A stretch of DNA of 64,000 nt from Macrostomum lignano (lineage: Eukaryota). Of this stretch, positions 58,327 to 64,000 are shown in pieces. The notes below the pieces were generated by a model that worked only from the letters and a program-made list of their open reading frames with translations, searched no databases and was not told where the DNA came from. A program made the translations under genes and the position numbers. How positions within the stretch are numbered: the stretch's first letter is position 1; every line of letters starts with the position of its first letter. The stretch covers positions 1 to 64,000 of the forward strand of contig NIVC01004407.1 of the NCBI GenBank assembly GCA_002269645.1, read 5' to 3'.

Positions 58327-59562
58327 CTTCGTTTCGTAGAGCTTCTCAAGTAGTAGGGGCTGACTTTCTGCAGTTGTCTCGGCTTTGAAAATTTACAGTT
58401 AGTTGCAGTTGTTTGCTGGAATCAACTGGATGGTTTCTTTCTCAAATCGCTTTCAGACTGAGAAGCGAGAAAGAGTTTTTTATTGGCAATTTCTATCTGA
58501 CTTCGGCTAGAATTTTCCTGTCTAGGGGTTGGAAGAGAAAATTCCATTGTTATTGTAAACTGCTGCCTCCCTGCCGGGGTAGAGAGGTTAGCGCTAGTCA
58601 CATGATTCTCAAGTTTTGTTGTTAGCAACGCGACACCAATTTTCTTCCCAACTTCCAATTACGCTCGTAATTTTCCCACAAAGACTCGCATCCCCAGTAA
58701 CTGCGGAGAATTTTATGTATTGAGTTAACTGCCTGAGAAGCCTTACATGTGAAAAGTACCTGTTGCCAGGTGTGCCAGTGGCGTATTTGAGGGCTGAGTC
58801 AGGCGATACACTGCTGATACTGTGCAGGGGACGCAAGTTAGAGTACTTCTAATGCTGCTAAGGACTGCTACTCACGGGATTAGGATGCATAGTGGCTCAT
58901 GGTTAGTGCCTTAGAGACAGTGCAAGCATAAATGCTAGCCCATATTCAAACAATGCTGCATATGATTAAAACTTTCTCGATAAATAAGAAAATCGAAGCA
59001 GATTGAACTGTTAGAGTTTTTACCGTAAAAAATACTAGCTTTGTTTGCGTCTATTTTAACTGAAAGCTAAATTGTAGATACAGTGGCTTTCCACGCATTA
59101 TTTGCGTTCTCCAGGATGTTCTTTAGTAACATTTAATAATATCACGTAAAATCTTTATGTCTGCGTTTTATCTGATATTCAGCATGCCTTTTCGGGAGCT
59201 ACTTTCATAAATAGCTCAAAATTCATGTTTATTCATCTACATAACTCCCGCAAAAACAAAAATTTTAAAGGTGCAAGAGCCGCAAATCTATAAAAAAGAA
59301 GATTTTAAAAAAGATCGCTCTTTCTCGCTATCTACCATCTATTGCCAGGACCTGCACCGGAGCGGTTACGAAAATTAGATTTCTCGGTAGTTGCTCGCAC
59401 TCTTTTGCACTATTTGAGTAGTCTGATTTTCGTTCGGCATGGCTGGTTCCAGCAGGTAGTTCCTCTGGATAAAAGCGCTTACCGCGCCCATTGGCTTTCC
59501 AGCTGCCTTAATCGTTTCCGGTGATCTTGTGTGCGTGCATTCAGCTTGATTGGCTGCGGCTA

Positions 59563-59701
<139 letters not shown>

Positions 59702-60541
59702 CAATATTTTTAATAAAATTATGGATATGCAGCAGTGCAATGCTAAAATTCAATATAAACGGCAGGATTTCACAGTTTTCTGATTTCTCACAGACATCAG
59801 CAAATAACAGTGCAGAGAAAGACGGTTTGAGTCCAAAAGCTCGAGAGATTTACGGATCGAGAAATTGAGAAAGGCGATGTTCTGTCAAACAAGCCGCAGC
59901 AGGCCTACGCGGAGCCCATATGCAGATCAATCAAACCTTTAGCATATAATGTCATGAGTTTCCCGCTAAGAGGAAGCCGAACTGCATGTACCAGAGTGCC
60001 ACGGAATCCTGAAACCCATTCCAATGCGTGAATCTTATTGCTTCTTCGCCGGCTGCGATATTAAAAAATCTGTGCGTTATTAAACTCGCTGGGACGTGTG
60101 TACTTTTCAGTTTATTAACATAACTGTGAGAGAAGGATGTATAATATGCAAAGTAAATTGACTTCTAGGAAAGAAAACTGAGTTCTCTGTAATGCTAATC
60201 ATTTTATAGAGATTAGGAGCCACTAGGCTCGTGTGGTCAACGCGTCTCAAGCCAGAACCCTTGCTGGTTCCATTTCTGGAGTTTGTCCAACGATTCACAG
60301 TCATGAGGGTGTACACCCTGCGTGAATATTTATTTGACTTTCTAGATTAACAAGCCTAGGTGACAATGGTCTCCAGTTTTAATCGCCTCCATTATGGAGT
60401 GTAGGAAAGGTATCAAAAATCGAGGATTAAATTTGGATTTGAAAAAGTTATTTAGAGTTAAAGTCAACCTTGAATAAGTTTTCATGGCATTGTCTTTTAG
60501 ACTTTCTAGACATTTGTTTCTCTTGAATCACATCCCTCGGT

Positions 60542-63072
60542 CTAGTCTGTTTTCTTATCAGCAACTGGTCGATCCTCCTCTCCTGATTGGCCTTCACGCT
60601 TAGGTTCGTCAGTTACTTCTCCTGGCTGCACCTCGTCTTCTGATTGGTTGACAGGCTTAGGTTCGTCGGTTGCTTCTCCTGGCTGCACCTCGTCTTCTGA
60701 TTGGTCGACAGGCTTAGGTTCGTCATCACCCCTCCGACTCGGAGAGTTGGACTGCTTGGAAAGCTCAGACACCTCAATCGCTTCCGTGTCATCGACAGGC
60801 TGCACAGCGTTGCTGGGAGTGGCGCGCATCAGGTTTATGTTGCAGGAGCGACTTAGGAACTTGTAGAAGCGAACAAAGTACGGATTGATAAATGCTTCGT
60901 CGACTTCTTCGCGGTAGCCGCCTTAAATAAGTATAGAATTAATTAAAATTTCGAATTCGTTAAACCAGACGCAACTAGCATTAAAACAAACTGCTTACGC
61001 GTAAATAACGACACAATAAAGCCGCCAGCCGTGGTTGCAGCGGATCCGATTATGGGAAACCACACATAGGAGAGGCTGTACCAGTCGTCGAGAGGTTCTC
61101 TAAGAAGTGTCCAAGATGTAATTTAAAAAAAACGATCAAATTAGTTCAAGAGCCAATTGAATCGAAGTTCTACGACGTAGTAACAGTGTAGGTCTATAAT
61201 ATCTTTAGCGTCCCGCAAAGAGTGGTTTAATTGCGTCACACAAGACAGTGGATATGGTGTCCCACAAGAGAGTGGTTGGCATCAAATCCCACAAGAGAGT
61301 GGACATTGCGTCCCACAGCTACAAGAGAGTGGATATGGTGTCCCACAAGAGAGTGGATATGGTGTCCCATAAGAGAGTGGACATTGCGTCCCACGGCTAC
61401 AAGAGAGTGGATATGGTGTCCCATAAGAGAGTGGATATTGCGTCCCACGGCTAAAAGAGAGTGGATATGGTGTCCCATAAGAGAGTGGACATTGCGTCCC
61501 ACGTCTACAAGAGAGTGGACATTGTGTCGCATAAGAGAGTGGACATTGCGTCCCACGGCTACAAGAGAGTGGATATGGTGTCCCATAAGAGAGTGGACAT
61601 TGCGTCCCACGGCTACAAGAGAGTGGACATTGCGTCGCATAAGAGATTGGTGAGCATTACATCCAACAAGATAATGGACATTGCGTCTCACGTCTACAAG
61701 AGAGTGGACATTGTGTCGCATAAAAGATTGGTGAGCATTACATCCAACAAGATAATGGACATTGCGTCCCATAAAACGTGGACATTGCGTTCCACAATGG
61801 AATGGAATTTCATGTACTAAAATTAAGTACGTTTGCACTTCCCCCTATTCATTACTTTTGAAGCGATCGAGCGTCATTAGATAAGTCACTGCGATGCTTA
61901 CACAACAGGAGCTTGCGTAGTCCCAACTGTGGTCGGCAGCAGGGTGGTGCCGGGAGTGCCAACGTCGCAATTGCTAATATTCGTTGGCAATCCAACAAGT
62001 TGTTTTCCATTCAGATAGGAACCAATGCTGAGCCAGCTGGATATAATCAGGCCGCAAACGGAGCCAACGAGAGCACCCTATGAATTTGTTGTGAAAAATT
62101 GCGCTGTTTAAACTTTGCTATTGAATACTGAAATTTATCAACTCAACATTGCATTTCGTTTGTCATCTGACCATATTAATTGCGTCTGGTATCTTAACCA
62201 TTGTACTTTAGTCTGGTATCTAAAACTATTGTACTTTAGTCTAGTATCTTAACCATTGTACTTAGAGGGGGCCGTAGCCCAGCGGTAGAGCAGCTGCTCT
62301 GGTGTGCCAGCGACCCAGGCTCGATTCCAAGTGCAGTCACATTAATTTGGGGCTGAATTGGAATCTCGGCTTGGCTCTTCTCGTGCAATTAACGGCCTTG
62401 AGAGCCAACCCCCCAAGGCGCAGTGAAGTGTACATGCCTAACGATAAAATAAAGTTAGGGCCGCTGTACACTCCTGTGTGAGTGTGTGCCTGCGTACGTA
62501 TCCGCGCGCTTGTATGCCTGCTCAGGGGAGTCGGCGGAATGAGCAGTAATGCCTCTCGCCGGTTGTGTGCCTATGTCGCTTAAAGTGCGCCAGGGTGCAC
62601 ACAACCCCCTGCCTCTAATAAAAAAAACCATTGTACTTTAGTCTGGTATCTAAAACTATTGTACTTTAGTCGGTATCTTAACCATTGTACTTTAGTCTGG
62701 TATCTAAAACTATTGTACTTTAGTCTGGTACCTTAACCATTGTACTTTAGTCTGGTATCTAAAACTATTGAACTTTAGTCTGATATCTAAAACTATTGTA
62801 CTTTAGTCTAGTATCTTAACCATTGTACTTTAGTCTGATATCTAAAACTATTGTACTTTAGTCTAGTATCTTAACCATTGTACTTTAATCTAGTATCTTA
62901 ACCAGTGCACTTACATATTTATTAACGAACGGGAATAGAACTCCCATTGAAAACAGTCCAAGCAATGGGGCACCAAAAGAACCAGAGAAAGAAAGCGATG
63001 CCTGAAGCACCGTTCCACCGAATCGAGTCGAAATTAGGCCCATTAATACCGCTGAGACTCCATAGCACACGA
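60542..63072 (-). CDS. SLC5 sodium:solute symporter, copy B, 3' exons (5' part lies beyond the window)
   Basis: Exons 63072-62915, 62077-61902, 61099-60999, 60921-60542 (TAG), phases consistent. GALVG..WLSIGSY, PLDDWYSLSYVW, acidic repeat tail. Exon 63072-62915 is near-identical to 48351-48194. Confidence 0.9.
61240..61795. repeat. Degenerate ~26-33-bp minisatellite (CAAGAGAGTGGACATTGCGTCCCAC-type)
   Basis: Visible. Confidence 0.88.
62184..62900. repeat. 31/32-bp intronic minisatellite interrupted by a SINE
   Basis: Same unit as 47855-48180. Confidence 0.92.
62267..62627 (+). mobile_element. Full-length tRNA(Ala-like)-derived SINE, ~360 bp, with A-tail
   Basis: A-box-like TAGCCCAGCGG, B-box-like GGCTCGATTCC, AATAAAAAAAA tail, and AACCATTGTACTT on both sides. 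Confidence 0.87.
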
Positions 63073-63169
63073 CTGAAACAGATATAATAGCGGAAATATT
63101 GGTCGGAAAGCAGTACGTTGCAGCCAGCTTCCAACAGCAGTCACAGAGACCTCTGTAGTTTTCGACTGT

Positions 63170-64000
63170 GTCAGCTGGCGCCTTTCTGTAGCTAGCGCCT
63201 CCCCTCTGTAGCTGGCGCCCCCTCTGCAGCTAGCGCCTCCCCTCTGTAGCTGGCGCCTCCCCTCTGTAGCTAGCGCCTACCCTCTGTAGCTAGCGCCTTC
63301 CCTCTGTAGCTAGCGCCTCCCCTCTGTAGCTAGCGCCTCCCCTCTGTAGCTAGCGCCTCCCCTCTGTAGCTAGCGCCTCCCCTCTGTAGCTGGCGCCTCC
63401 CCTCTGTAGCTGGCGCCTCCCCTCTGTAGCTAGCGCCTCCCCTCTGTAGCTAGCGCCTCCCCTCTGTAGCTAGCGCCTCCCCTCTGTAGCTAGCGCCTCC
63501 CCTCTGTAGCTAGCGCCCCCTCTGTAGCTGGCGCCTCCCCTCTGTAGCTGGCGCCCCCTCTGTAGCTGGCGCCCCCTCTGCAGCTAGCGCCTTTCTGTAG
63601 CTAGCGCCTCCCCTCTGCAGCTAGCGCCTCCCCTCTGTAGCTAGCGCCTCCCCTCTGTAGCTAGCGCCTCCCCTCTGTAGCTAGCGCCTCCCCTCTGTAG
63701 CTGGCGCCTCCCCTCTGTAGCTGGCGCCTCCCCTCTGTAGCTAGCGCCTCCCTCTGTAGCTAGCGCCTCCCTCTGTAGCTAGCGCCTCCCCTCTGTAGCT
63801 AGCGCCTCCCCTCTGTAGCTAGCGCCCCTCTGTAGCTGGCGCCTCCCCTCTGTAGCTGGCGCCCCCTCTGTAGCTGGCGCCCCCTCTGCAGCTGGCGCCT
63901 TTCTGTAGCTAGCGCCTCCCCTCTGCAGCTAGCGCCTCCCATCTGTAGCTGGCGCCTCCCCTCTGTAGCTAGCGCCTCCCTCTGTAGCTGGCGCCCCCTC
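63170..64000. repeat. 20-21-bp minisatellite (CTCTGTAGCTAGCGCCTCCC), paralogous to 48455-49425
   Basis: Visible; runs to the window end. Confidence 0.95.

Noticed and set aside
58890-58909. tRNA A-box-like TAGTGGCTCATGGTTAGTGC
   Set aside because: No downstream B-box or SINE core.
62267-62340. Possible tRNA-Ala gene
   Set aside because: Imperfect B-box, no complementary acceptor stem, and it continues into a ~290-bp body and A-tail shared with 50178-50534, so it is a SINE head.

Overview
Eukaryotic (animal) genomic DNA with spliceosomal introns, GC-rich exons and a different micro/minisatellite in most introns. This architecture resembles the flatworm Macrostomum, but the species is an inference. 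Genes reconstructed by hand from GT/GC-AG junctions and phase checks: (1) a 5'-partial ABCC10/MRP7 ABC transporter (+, 561-13061, 12 exons, one GC-AG intron, several 1-nt frame breaks); (2) a TMEM179-like membrane protein (-, 18038-24331); (3) a 56-aa secreted six-cysteine anionic peptide missed by the ORF track (+, 32891-33061); (4) an unrecognised multi-exon gene (+, from 37648); (5) two tandem SLC5 sodium:solute symporter paralogs (-, 48194-56681 and 60542-63072+); (6) a secreted PAN-like + fibrinogen-domain gene between them (-, 57356-58326). Non-genic features include a tRNA-derived SINE family sharing a central core, a foldback-like pair of inverted minisatellite arms, a 92-bp higher-order satellite running into a 922-nt N gap, and a ~3-kb AT-rich island almost devoid of CpG that looks like a transition-mutated retroelement relic. 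No prokaryotic features, CRISPR arrays, rRNA or bona fide tRNA genes were found. Most long ORFs in the supplied track are repeat artefacts.
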